A DNA stretch of 36,090 nt from Promethearchaeota archaeon (lineage in GTDB: Archaea > Asgardarchaeota > Hermodarchaeia > Hermodarchaeales > Hermodarchaeaceae). The DNA is taken from NCBI GenBank assembly GCA_048938385.1, contig JBHLMG010000024.1, forward strand, positions 1 to 36,090, read 5' to 3'. The translations under genes and the position numbers were made by a program. The notes beneath the pieces are model-generated. The model saw nothing but the letters and a program-made list of their open reading frames with translations. It did not search any database and was not told where the DNA came from. This document shows, piece after piece, positions 26,074 to 35,597 of this stretch. Numbering within the stretch: position 1 is the first letter of the stretch; each line of letters opens with the position of its first letter.

Positions 26074-27249
26074 TTATGCGAACTCTTCGGCGTCAATCAT
26101 GTAACCATTGTAAAGTGGCTGGATGTAGATGTTCACTTGTATGATCTCAATGACCATTGCGAAGAGGACCAAGAGGATGATGATTGGTGCTAACCAGCTG
26201 ATTAGCATAACATAGGGTTTCCAGTGGAAGAGTGTCCACATCGTCGTGGCTGGGTTCCACCATGGGATTGGGAAGCTAAGGGGTCCGTAGAAGAACAGGC
26301 TGATCATCCAGACTCCTGCGAGTCCAAAGAGAACATCAATGGAAGCAAGGAAACGTGCGGCAGTAAGGGAATCCCGACCAATAATGATACGAATCCCAGT
26401 TAAGCCTGCTTGGCCTACACCAATCACGGCTAGCCACATCAATATCTGTAAATCGAAGGATGGATAGCTGGATACCCAATTTGGCAAGAGGAAGGTGAAT
26501 ATTACAGCAATCACTGAGGCGATTATAAGTCCAAATGCCCTGCCAACGAGGTGTCCGCGTCCTGTCAATTCATCGAATTTTTTCACTCGTTTCTTTACAC
26601 GGCGTTGTGTTCGAGGAACGCGCTCTTCCTTTTCGTGTTCATACTGCATGAGGTCACGCAGGATTTCCATGATTGGTGGACCATGCGGGTGGGAGAATGC
26701 CAGCATAATAAGGTATGCGATGACAATTCCTGCGAAGACCCAAACCTGTGCAGTTACTCCCATTAAGACATGGGGAAGAAGCAGAGGAATGGGTACCACA
26801 GCCATATTCAGTAAAACAACTGAAACGATGTAGGCAATAAGGGCTAAATCTACAATGATGATGCCAATTACAATCCACCAAAACCAGGTCCGATATGGGG
26901 GCGCTAGGGCGTCGAGGAAGTTCTGTAATTTCTCGATATCAGTGGTCTCTTTATCGCGTCGGAATTCGCGAGCCACAATGTCTGGGCTGCCCATCGCAAC
27001 GACGGCTTCCCACGCAGCTGTGCTGTTTAGGCGTCCACTAGGTTCACTGGCCTGCTCTAAGAGGTGAGATCGAAGTTCAGGGATTACTTCTGAGGCAACA
27101 TCGGATGGTAATCGCGCCTTCACTTGATCCAAGTAATCGGCGATGATTTTTCGAGCTGAAGCCTCATCACCAGGTGAGGAATCCTGCGGGGGTTTCTTTA
27201 CACCCAAATACTTGTCTTCAGTTCCAAAGTTTTTCGACACTTTAATCAC
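26074..27249 (-). CDS. membrane protein with N-terminal HAAS signalling domain
   Basis: I.DYL..V...LP......ELRSHL.E...A...MGSP..VAREF, followed by ~6 TMs. Overlaps the padR stop codon. Confidence 0.75.
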   Translation of the reverse strand: MIKVSKNFGTEDKYLGVKKPPQDSSPGDEASARKIIADYLDQVKARLPSDVASEVIPELRSHLLEQASEPSGRLNSTAAWEAVVAMGSPDIVAREFRRDKETTDIEKLQNFLDALAPPYRTWFWWIVIGIIIVDLALIAYIVSVVLLNMAVVPIPLLLPHVLMGVTAQVWVFAGIVIAYLIMLAFSHPHGPPIMEILRDLMQYEHEKEERVPRTQRRVKKRVKKFDELTGRGHLVGRAFGLIIASVIAVIFTFLLPNWVSSYPSFDLQILMWLAVIGVGQAGLTGIRIIIGRDSLTAARFLASIDVLFGLAGVWMISLFFYGPLSFPIPWWNPATTMWTLFHWKPYVMLISWLAPIIILLVLFAMVIEIIQVNIYIQPLYNGYMIDAEEFA

Positions 27250-27784
27250 TTTCTTCTATAGCCGCTCCACAAGCTGCACAGTAGATAGCTCCAGGAAAGA
27301 CCTGGTTTCCGCATTTTGCACAGAATCGTACTTGCTCTTGATAATCACCGTTCATTGCACGCCCTGCCGCAATGCTGCGAAAAAGCGGATCTAAGGCAAG
27401 CACGAGTTCATTCCAAAACTCGAGCATACCTAACAGTTCCTGATCGCCGGCTGCGGTCAGTCGGTAGTATTTGCGTGGTCGTTCGCCAGCTACATTCCAG
27501 GTGCTGCGGACCAACTTCTGTTCTTCCAGACGGCGGAGTAACGGGTAGAGAGTGCCATCTTTAACGATGAGCCGTTCAGCGGTGCGCTCGCGGATGCTCT
27601 TAGCGATATCATAACCGAAGGTTTCCTTTGATTCCTTGATAACAGCTAGAACTAGGAGCCGAAGGAGGCCTCGGCGAATGTCGCTTTCCCATGAATCAGT
27701 TTTGAGTTTCTGTCCGGGCATTGTTAAGTTCTCCGCCTGAGAGCGGTTGACCTTGACAGAGGGCATCTTTTGTGTATGAGGCAA
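27242..27784 (-). CDS. PadR family transcriptional regulator with C-terminal zinc ribbon
   Basis: RRG.L.LLVL, GY.I, GTLYPLL.RLE, RPRKYY.LT..G, plus FC..CG...IYC..CG. Start uncertain. Confidence 0.92.
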   Translation of the reverse strand: MPHTQKMPSVKVNRSQAENLTMPGQKLKTDSWESDIRRGLLRLLVLAVIKESKETFGYDIAKSIRERTAERLIVKDGTLYPLLRRLEEQKLVRSTWNVAGERPRKYYRLTAAGDQELLGMLEFWNELVLALDPLFRSIAAGRAMNGDYQEQVRFCAKCGNQVFPGAIYCAACGAAIEESD

Positions 27785-27803
27785 TGCGCCTTGTTAGGCA
27801 CAT

Positions 27804-27857
27804 AACATCGATTCACATGATACCTTGTCAGGCTATGTATATCGATTGGCACAGGTA
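27804..27857. promoter_or_regulatory. putative PadR operator array
   Basis: Imperfect palindromes with 17-nt spacing (AACATCG-N5-CATGATA, TACCTTG-N5-CTATGTA, TATATCG-N5-CACAGGTA) just downstream of the minus-strand TTTTTATA box. Confidence 0.4.
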
Positions 27858-27977
27858 TAAAAACTTAACGGATGCGACACGATACTCCTAGATAAATTGA
27901 CCACATCACAGGATACTTTTAACCTATGAGAGAACCAGAATCTACGAGACCGCTAGGCTTATGTAGCGGTTGGTCGA

Positions 27978-29639
27978 ATGGGAAATATGCCTAAGTTCAT
28001 TTTTGTAACTGGTGGCGTACTATCTGGTATTGGGAAAGGGCACACCACCGCCAGCATCGCAAAACTCTTACAGTTTCGTGGCTATGCGATTGATCTGGTG
28101 AAAATTGATCCCTATTTGAATGTAGATCCGGGTACACTCAACCCCATTGAGCATGGCGAACCATTCATTACGGATCAGATTTTTGAATTCAATCCTGCCC
28201 CTAGTTTTCATTACACTACAGCTGAAGTGGACCAAGACTTTGGAACTTATGAGCGGTTTATTGGACGGGCAATTCACCCTCGAAATAACATTACCTCAGG
28301 ACAAATCTATTTGAGTGTAATTCTCCAAGAGCGTCTAGGGAAATTTTTAGGGAAAACAGTCCAAATCATTCCTCATATCACAGATGAAATTAAACGACGC
28401 CTCCGGCATATTGGATCGGCCGTAAAAGATTTAGATGTCATAATGGTCGAGATTGGAGGAACTGTTGGGGATATCGAGGCCGCACCTTTTCTAGAGGCAA
28501 TTCGGCAATTTCGCTTAGAAGAACAACGGTGTGACACGCTGCTTGTGCATGTGACATTGGTTCCGTTGCTCCCAACAGTGGGTGAATTGAAAACTAAACC
28601 CACCCAACATTCTGTGAAGCAGCTACAAGCTTTAGGGCTGCAACCTGATATTATCATCGCGCGAAGCCAGGTATCGTTATCCAACGATGCACGGCGTAAG
28701 ATCGCTTTACATAGTAATGTCATCCAAGACGCAGTCATATCCAATCCGGACTTGGACGAAATTTACGAGTTACCTTTGAAATTCTATGAGCAGAGCTTAG
28801 ATGCGATAATACTTCAACGCTTAGAAATGATGGCGAGGCCACCTGAAGGCATGACTGCCTGGCAGCAAGTAGTCAAGAACTTCCAGAATACAGATGTTCA
28901 GCTGCGTATCGCTATGCCCGGAAAATATGTGGCAATGGCTGATACATATGTTAGCATCAATGAAGCCCTGCGACACGCGAGCGCTCATCAGGGTGCAGGA
29001 GTGACCATCGATATGGTTGACGCTGAACAACTTGAAGAAGCTGCAAATGCGAAAGAACAACTTTGCGCTTATGATGGGCTTCTCTTAACACCCGGATTTG
29101 GAACCCGGGGTACTGAGGGAATGATAAGAGCTGCCTGGATTGCTGTAGAAGAAGACCTACCATTTCTTGGCATTTGTTTTGGAGCACAACTACTATTTGT
29201 TGCCCTTTGTCGCTATGCTCTCGGAATGAAAAAGGCCAACAGCACTGAACTTGACCCAAAAACCCCGTTTCCCGTGGTTGATATCCTCCCTGAACAGAAA
29301 GTTATTGAGGAAAAGGGAGGGACGATGCGATTAGGTGGACATCCAGTTCATATCAAGCCAAAGACAAAGTTATACAACATTTACAAAAAAACCAAGGTTC
29401 GCGAACGATTCCGTCACCGTTACCACCTCATGTGGGACCCTGTTAAACAAGCAGAAAAAGTAGGCTTACTTGTGGCTGCCACAGATAAAACTGGAAAAAT
29501 CATCAACGCTATTGAAATATCCAACAAATACTGGATGATAGGTGTCCAATATCACCCAGAATATTGCTCACGACCGGATCAGCCTCATCCCCTCTACTAT
29601 TCCTTTATTGAAGCTATGATTAAGCGAAAGTCTAAGTGA
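27978..29639 (+). CDS. pyrG: CTP synthase (divergent type)
   Basis: FVTGGV.SG.GKG, KIDPYLNVDPGT, EIGGTVGDIE, KTKPTQHSV, GIC.G.Q, GGTMRLG, RHRY, Q.HPE. Confidence 0.96.
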   Translation: MGNMPKFIFVTGGVLSGIGKGHTTASIAKLLQFRGYAIDLVKIDPYLNVDPGTLNPIEHGEPFITDQIFEFNPAPSFHYTTAEVDQDFGTYERFIGRAIHPRNNITSGQIYLSVILQERLGKFLGKTVQIIPHITDEIKRRLRHIGSAVKDLDVIMVEIGGTVGDIEAAPFLEAIRQFRLEEQRCDTLLVHVTLVPLLPTVGELKTKPTQHSVKQLQALGLQPDIIIARSQVSLSNDARRKIALHSNVIQDAVISNPDLDEIYELPLKFYEQSLDAIILQRLEMMARPPEGMTAWQQVVKNFQNTDVQLRIAMPGKYVAMADTYVSINEALRHASAHQGAGVTIDMVDAEQLEEAANAKEQLCAYDGLLLTPGFGTRGTEGMIRAAWIAVEEDLPFLGICFGAQLLFVALCRYALGMKKANSTELDPKTPFPVVDILPEQKVIEEKGGTMRLGGHPVHIKPKTKLYNIYKKTKVRERFRHRYHLMWDPVKQAEKVGLLVAATDKTGKIINAIEISNKYWMIGVQYHPEYCSRPDQPHPLYYSFIEAMIKRKSK

Positions 29640-29684
29640 GGGCAAGGGCAATAAGGAACAGCGTATACAAAGGATTCCACGAAA

Positions 29685-30197
29685 ATGACCGACTCTGAAA
29701 CAGGTCAAGACAAGGACCTTATTCCTGCAAAAGATCAATCCGGATTAGTTCGTCGCCGTCCTACAATTGATGAATACTTTATCCAATTTGCTAATCTTGC
29801 AGCAACCCGCTCAACCTGTGTTCGACGTCAAGTTGGAGCTGTTCTCGTTCGCGAAAAGCACATTCTTTCCACAGGATATAATGGCGCTCCCGCACATATG
29901 ATACACTGTACTACAGAAACTTGCCTTCGTCTAAAAACCGGAGTAAAACCAGGAGAGCGTCATGAACTCTGTCGAGGCGTGCATGCAGAACAGAACGCAA
30001 TCATCCAGTGTGCTCTTCACGGTGTTAGTAGTCGCGATGCGACACTGTATGTTACTCACTCTCCCTGTACGATTTGTGCAAAAATGTTGATCAATGCTGG
30101 GATAAAACGGGTTGTGGTTACACGAAGATATCCTGATAACGAAGGAATCCAAATGTTGCAAGAGTCGGGTGTTAAAATCGATTTCTTAACTGAATAA
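29685..30197 (+). CDS. dCMP deaminase (ComEB-like)
   Basis: RSTC.RRQVGA, TGYNG, HAEQNA, PC..C. Confidence 0.92.
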   Translation: MTDSETGQDKDLIPAKDQSGLVRRRPTIDEYFIQFANLAATRSTCVRRQVGAVLVREKHILSTGYNGAPAHMIHCTTETCLRLKTGVKPGERHELCRGVHAEQNAIIQCALHGVSSRDATLYVTHSPCTICAKMLINAGIKRVVVTRRYPDNEGIQMLQESGVKIDFLTE

Positions 30198-30209
30198 CAC
30201 TACGATCAG

Positions 30210-30593
30210 TTATTGGGACTGGAACCGGTTGGCAGCGTCAACCAAAAATTCACTTAGAGGCTTCAGGTCAGCAGGATGTTCAGCCATAACTAAGAAGATA
30301 ATTTGCTGTTCGCCACCAACCAAAATCAAGAACTTCCTTTCTCCGTCAATTACCACAGTGTTCATAGGTCCGGAATCGGTTTGACCAATTACGACTTGGG
30401 CTGAGTGGGCAAGAGCTGCAACATTGCCTGCAAGAAGATGTGGATTCACCGAAGGAGGCATCCGGTGCTCAATAAGAAGGCCTTCCTGGCTAATAATAGC
30501 CCACCCTTTTAGTTGACGATTCTGCTCAAGTTCTGCCACGATTTCTCGAAGTATCTCCTCATGGTTTTTATCGTGGACAATTGTTCTCGCCAT
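30210..30593 (-). CDS. Roadblock/LC7 (MglB-like) domain protein
   Basis: G..IIS.EGLLI, LA...AAL...A, G....V.I.G. About 127 aa. Confidence 0.8.
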   Translation of the reverse strand: MARTIVHDKNHEEILREIVAELEQNRQLKGWAIISQEGLLIEHRMPPSVNPHLLAGNVAALAHSAQVVIGQTDSGPMNTVVIDGERKFLILVGGEQQIIFLVMAEHPADLKPLSEFLVDAANRFQSQ

Positions 30594-30766
30594 CTCGTAG
30601 ACATCTCGAACCTCAATTAGCAAATGTACGCGCCCATTCATCGTTTAAAAGTGTCGGGGAAAACTGGAAACCAAAGAGTTACATTGCGAAAATCCCATTA
30701 AACTGAGAAATACACATAAAACTAACACCTTCTAAACAGTACTACTTGCCTAAACGGGGCTTTGTC

Positions 30767-31375
30767 ATGAATTTACCCCCACCCACTCAATTCGACCGTT
30801 GGACATTTGAAAAAACAAAGGATGTACTATCCACCCTTCCAGGTCGTCTTGGGTTTCCCAAGGCGAATATATTACGCTTCCTCGACTTAGAAGTCCATTT
30901 GCATACGGGGCAAATCATTGACACCACACTCAATAAACCGTTTGACCCAAAAATCGAATACATTTTTTTTCTACTCCACCAGTACTCCAAAGCTCAAGAG
31001 GTTCCATTAACTGGCAACCTTATCAATTACAAGCAGATTTCTGGAGGGCGTGTATATGCTCCAGTTTTCGAAGGCCGAGTTGTCAAACCTATTCAACAGC
31101 ATTTAGGCAGTAACCCTGACCTCTTTGCAAAGTCAGCCCAACAACTTGGTGGTGAGCTTGCACAGGTCGGGGATCTCTCATTTACGATTCTGGCGTTGCC
31201 TCGGATCCCATACACCTATGCGTTATGGAGGGCTGATGAAGAGTTTCCAGCGAGAACTAGCGTTTTTCTTGACGAGTCTGCTGGGTCATACTTGGACGCT
31301 GAGGCACATGCTCATCTGGCTTCTTTAACAACAATACGCATCTTAGCAGTGTCCCGAGCTTTAGCTAATGAATAA
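30767..31375 (+). CDS. DUF3786 domain-containing protein
   Basis: I..LL.QY, G.LI.Y.QI.GG..Y...F, LGG....GD, ALPRIP....W..DEEFPA....LD. Confidence 0.8.
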   Translation: MNLPPPTQFDRWTFEKTKDVLSTLPGRLGFPKANILRFLDLEVHLHTGQIIDTTLNKPFDPKIEYIFFLLHQYSKAQEVPLTGNLINYKQISGGRVYAPVFEGRVVKPIQQHLGSNPDLFAKSAQQLGGELAQVGDLSFTILALPRIPYTYALWRADEEFPARTSVFLDESAGSYLDAEAHAHLASLTTIRILAVSRALANE

Positions 31376-31534
31376 TTGCTAGGTGTTAAATTCCAAGCTT
31401 GTATCGCTGTTGTTGAATAAGTATATACATTTTAAATATGTGATATTAGTCTAAGCGGTTTTAGTTGATATTTAATGTATTGCCCCAATAAATATATGTA
31501 ATGTCGCTTTTTGCATATACTTGAGGGTTTTTGT

Positions 31535-31786
31535 ATGAGTACGCCAACAATCAGTCAACAGACCACCAAAGTCCCTAATCTTCCTGATCACGAGTTTCGC
31601 CTCGTTAAAGTTATTGAAACCCGGAAAGACGCAAATAATCGAGATGTCCACTTTCTCACCGTCTTCATGGAAACTCTGGTTGAAGGCCGTCCAACACGAC
31701 AGAAAGTCACCTCATTAGCTCTTTCAGCTGGCTTGGGTAATTCACCAACCCTTGCTTGGCAAGGTTATATGGAGCAGGATCTTTAA
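31535..31786 (+). CDS. small hypothetical protein
   Basis: 83-aa ORF with SD-like GAGGG and an AT-rich upstream region. Fills the gap before the convergent mer. Confidence 0.5.
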   Translation: MSTPTISQQTTKVPNLPDHEFRLVKVIETRKDANNRDVHFLTVFMETLVEGRPTRQKVTSLALSAGLGNSPTLAWQGYMEQDL

Positions 31787-31809
31787 CCTCAAAAAGACCG
31801 AACTTACGG

Positions 31810-32817
31810 TCAACTACGGAAATGGGGAAGAATCTCTTTACTCGCTAATTCCATAGAGATACGTTTCTTTGGACCTATAGGTGAACCAAAGACAAATTGC
31901 GTGATTCCAGCTTTTTGTAGTCCAGCAATTTTTTCCGTGCATTCGGAGGGTGTACCTCTGATACAGAAGACATCTAACATCTCGTCGGTGACCGCACCAA
32001 AAGCAGTTGGAAAATCACCCTTTTCTAAGGCTTCTGAAATAGGCTTCACTGATTTCAGAGCAATATTGTGCCGATCTAAGACCACCGGTGGTGAACCAGC
32101 GACGATAAAAGCTACCACTGGAATTGCTGCTTTTGTAGCCTTATCCATTTTTTGATCAACAGAAACACTGGCGTAAGCTGCAATATCAACATCTCCGGGT
32201 TTGCGTTTTGCTTCCTTCATTCCTTTTTCAATTTGCTTCGAAGCGAATTCAAAATCTCGTGGATGTGAGGCGTTGACAAGGACTCCCTGTCCCATGGATC
32301 CAGCCAGTTGGAGCATTTTCGGTCCTTGTGCGCCGATATAAATGGGGAGGGCACCTGTCTTTTCAAAGGCGATTTTTGCTGTTTCAACAGTAAAGATTTC
32401 ACCCTTAAAACCCTTAATTTTCCCTGTATCAAACAAAGCGCGGAATATTTGAACGCTTTCTTTCACGGCAGTGAGGGGTTTGTCTCGTTCGATTCCTAAC
32501 AAGTTGAGAGTGATTTTATCACCAGCCCCAATACCCAGAATGGTTCGCCCTCCAGAAAGGTTGTCAAGTGACATGAGCGTAGAGGCTGTTTGGACTGGAT
32601 TGATTAGATAGGGATTGGTGACGCCTGGACCGATTTTAATTTGGTCTGTGTAATTGGCTAGAAGGCTTAGGATGATGTAAACAGAACGGTTGTTAAAATG
32701 GTCGGTGATCCAACAATAGTCAAAACCATATTTTTCAGCAAGAATGCCCAAGGCCGTGGTTTGCCAGTAAGCTTCTTGGGGGACGAATTCGACTGCAAAA
32801 CCTAAATCAGGGGCCAT
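31810..32817 (-). CDS. mer: F420-dependent 5,10-methylene-H4MPT reductase
   Basis: WITDHFNNR, GPGVTNPY, G.GAGD, YIGAQGPKML, NASHP.DF, VAFIVAGSPP, GSPIGP. Confidence 0.94.
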   Translation of the reverse strand: MAPDLGFAVEFVPQEAYWQTTALGILAEKYGFDYCWITDHFNNRSVYIILSLLANYTDQIKIGPGVTNPYLINPVQTASTLMSLDNLSGGRTILGIGAGDKITLNLLGIERDKPLTAVKESVQIFRALFDTGKIKGFKGEIFTVETAKIAFEKTGALPIYIGAQGPKMLQLAGSMGQGVLVNASHPRDFEFASKQIEKGMKEAKRKPGDVDIAAYASVSVDQKMDKATKAAIPVVAFIVAGSPPVVLDRHNIALKSVKPISEALEKGDFPTAFGAVTDEMLDVFCIRGTPSECTEKIAGLQKAGITQFVFGSPIGPKKRISMELASKEILPHFRS

Positions 32818-32897
32818 AATTAACTCCTCATCAAAGAAGTGTTTACTCTCACAATATGGGGTTAGGTGATAAAAAATCAGAGGTTCTGGTTCGTGGG

Positions 32898-33362
32898 CTA
32901 GCGTCCCTGGTTTCTATGATGGAAACAAAACCATCGATCCTTTCGGTAATAGTGTCCTGATTCACCACATATACTGCAGATGCCAACTTTCTTAGGATGT
33001 GGAAAAATTCGTCGTAAGGATCGAGCGCGTTGTTCGAAGGTATAATCTAAGTCTTGATAACAGAATTCACACCACTTAGAATCGGGATGACAATACGCCT
33101 GGCATCGTGGACAAATGTAATACCCATCGGTTTCCAAAGTTCGAATTTTCTGATAAAAAGTAAAGCACCAGACTCCTCCAAGTATCAATCCTTCTAAGAG
33201 AAACAAAGAACCAATAACAGGAAGATGGATCACTGGAAAGTTAAGCAGATTCAGCGTTAATTCTAGCACTGGGGTTTGGCTAGCAACTAACAAGGAACCA
33301 GTCAAGAGTAATGCGGTGACTAGGATAAATGGAATGTAGTCCTCCAGATGTACAGGCTCCAT
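32898..33362 (-). CDS. 2-TM membrane protein with two putative zinc fingers
   Basis: Two hydrophobic helices, then CPRC-x10-CEFC and CSIC-x13-CFHH. Confidence 0.65.
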   Translation of the reverse strand: MEPVHLEDYIPFILVTALLLTGSLLVASQTPVLELTLNLLNFPVIHLPVIGSLFLLEGLILGGVWCFTFYQKIRTLETDGYYICPRCQAYCHPDSKWCEFCYQDLDYTFEQRARSLRRIFPHPKKVGICSICGESGHYYRKDRWFCFHHRNQGR

Positions 33363-33568
33363 GAGAGCACTTCATTTAGCTATAGATGGATTAAGGTAAA
33401 AACCATTTGAATGCGGATAACAGTAACGAGAAAATCGTACCAAGAAACTTCCGGCGTCTTTGATATTTAAACGGATTCACCCAGTTATCCTTGTTCAACA
33501 TTTTGAACACTACATAGTTGGGTGTTCTAATGTTTAGATTAATGTCATATTGTACTGTACTTACTCCT

Positions 33569-35524
33569 ATGAATCGGTTTTTCAAGAGCACCTTCCTACA
33601 AAGATTTCGACGCCAAAAGCGGATACCATCTATCAAGGTAATAGCTTTAATCGTTTTAATTGCCGGAACCACAGTGATTGCTGGGATTTCTATTGGGTTC
33701 CACCTTTTCTTGCCCCCCACCCTCCGCCAGTTTTCGGATTACCAAGAATTAGTGGGGTTTGTCCAGACAAGTCGACCTCCAGTAGCATATTGGGGTTTCG
33801 ATACTTTTGCTTCAATGGGTACAGAAAGGCCAACAACATTTTCCGGCACATCAGGTTATTCCTCAACAAATGTTCAGGTTCAGGGTGTTGATGAACCCGA
33901 TATCGTCAAAACTGATGGGACCAATATTTACACTGTTGGCGTGAACACAGTTTCTGTGATTCAGGCCTACCCAGTTGAAACAGCAGAGATCGTTAATACC
34001 ATCACTCCGATCGGGAAGCCCCTTAAGCTTTTTCTCTACAATTCAGCTTATCTTATTATCATTAGTGGAGTTGTGGAAGAAACTTGGTTACACAGTTCGG
34101 CTTTCTGGGATCAATACTCTTTACATTACATCGATACCGTAGCTGTAGAAATCTTTGATGTAAGGAACACGTTAGAAATTCAGCGGACTTATTGGATAAC
34201 TCTTGAGGGTGCGTATCTTGGAAGCCGTCTAGTTGATCGCTATCTGTATTTCCTTGGAATCTGTCAAACACAAGAAAATGATACAATTCTACTCCCGCAT
34301 CTTGAAGTAAACGGTCAAGAAGTCATTATTCCCGCAAAAGAAATTTACTATGATCCAGATAATCGCGATTACTCGTTCCAATATACAGTACTCTTGGGAT
34401 TAGATATCGTAAATCCGGATGCTGAACCAAGTAAAGAAACGATACTTGGGGGATCAAGCAGTGCAACTGTCTATGCTTCGCTTAATAATGTCTACTTAGC
34501 TATCTCCCAGTATGCTGCTTGGACAATTCCTCCTCAAGAATCCACCACGGCCATCCATCGCTTTAGTATTGAGCAAGGGACGATAGATTATCAAGCCAGC
34601 GGTGAAGTTCCAGGACATCTAATTAACCAGTTCGCCCTTGATGAATTTTCCGGGTTACTTCGTGTCGCAACAGAAAGTATCGTCACTTCAAGTCAGCTAA
34701 TTAGGGATTCATACACGAACCAGTGGATCATCCAGTACATTCAAACTCAATTAAGCAATGTATTTGTTCTTGATAAACAGCTGAATGTGGTTGGTAGCCT
34801 TCGCGGGCTGGCTCCTGGGGAACAGATCTATTCTACACGTTTTCTTGGAACAACATGTTATCTGGTGACCTTTTACAAGACCGACCCCTTATTTGTTATC
34901 GATCTTTCCAACCCATTTAAACCACAGTTACTCGGTGAACTCATAATCCCTGGATATTCAGATTATCTTCATCCCCTTGGAGACAATCTGCTTTTAGGCA
35001 TCGGCAAAGATGTTGCCATCAGTGCCTCAGAAGATTTTTGGTGGTATCAGGGTGTTAAGCTTAGCCTATTCAACTCCAGTGATCCCTTTCATCCTGAAGA
35101 AGCCACCAACCTCATTCTGGGTGTCCGTGGAACAACATCTCCTGCTCTCGACGATCACAAAGCCATCCTTATTGATACCTCACGCTGTCTCCTTGTACTT
35201 CCCATTCTACTAGCCGAATATCTGTACGATTCGCCACATCACCCGTCAGAAACTGGTGATTTTGTGTATCAAGGTGCTTACATTTTCCACCTTAATCCCA
35301 CTAATGCTACCATTGATATTCGTGGGCGCATCACTCACATTGAAAATTCCTCAATTCTCAATGATTATTGGGGGGGTTGGAATCCTTACTTCATTGAACG
35401 GGCATTATATATCAACGAGATACTCTACGCCTTTTCACCATACAAGCTAACATTTCACACCCTTGACAACCTCGAGTTTCAAGGCGAACTCATTCTCAAC
35501 CCAGAACTGAATGGGACGCTATGA
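33569..35524 (+). CDS. membrane-anchored beta-propeller domain protein (Beta_propel/COG4880-like)
   Basis: N-terminal TM, YS.TNVQV.GVDE.DIVKTDG, NQF..DE..G.LRVAT, GE.IYS.RF, TDPLFVIDL, G.L.IPGYS.YLHP. Confidence 0.9.
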   Translation: MNRFFKSTFLQRFRRQKRIPSIKVIALIVLIAGTTVIAGISIGFHLFLPPTLRQFSDYQELVGFVQTSRPPVAYWGFDTFASMGTERPTTFSGTSGYSSTNVQVQGVDEPDIVKTDGTNIYTVGVNTVSVIQAYPVETAEIVNTITPIGKPLKLFLYNSAYLIIISGVVEETWLHSSAFWDQYSLHYIDTVAVEIFDVRNTLEIQRTYWITLEGAYLGSRLVDRYLYFLGICQTQENDTILLPHLEVNGQEVIIPAKEIYYDPDNRDYSFQYTVLLGLDIVNPDAEPSKETILGGSSSATVYASLNNVYLAISQYAAWTIPPQESTTAIHRFSIEQGTIDYQASGEVPGHLINQFALDEFSGLLRVATESIVTSSQLIRDSYTNQWIIQYIQTQLSNVFVLDKQLNVVGSLRGLAPGEQIYSTRFLGTTCYLVTFYKTDPLFVIDLSNPFKPQLLGELIIPGYSDYLHPLGDNLLLGIGKDVAISASEDFWWYQGVKLSLFNSSDPFHPEEATNLILGVRGTTSPALDDHKAILIDTSRCLLVLPILLAEYLYDSPHHPSETGDFVYQGAYIFHLNPTNATIDIRGRITHIENSSILNDYWGGWNPYFIERALYINEILYAFSPYKLTFHTLDNLEFQGELILNPELNGTL

Positions 35525-35597
35525 TTACTTCAAACAGCATACTGCTCCTGTCACTTTGTTATTGTTAGCAGCTAGACCACGCGCTGCGTTGTTCTAG

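Noticed and set aside
31376-31534. Replication origin
   Set aside because: AT-rich, but no ORB repeats or cdc6/orc1 gene are visible.
32898-33362. DHHC palmitoyltransferase
   Set aside because: Cys spacing is superficially similar, but there is no DHHC motif and too few TMs.
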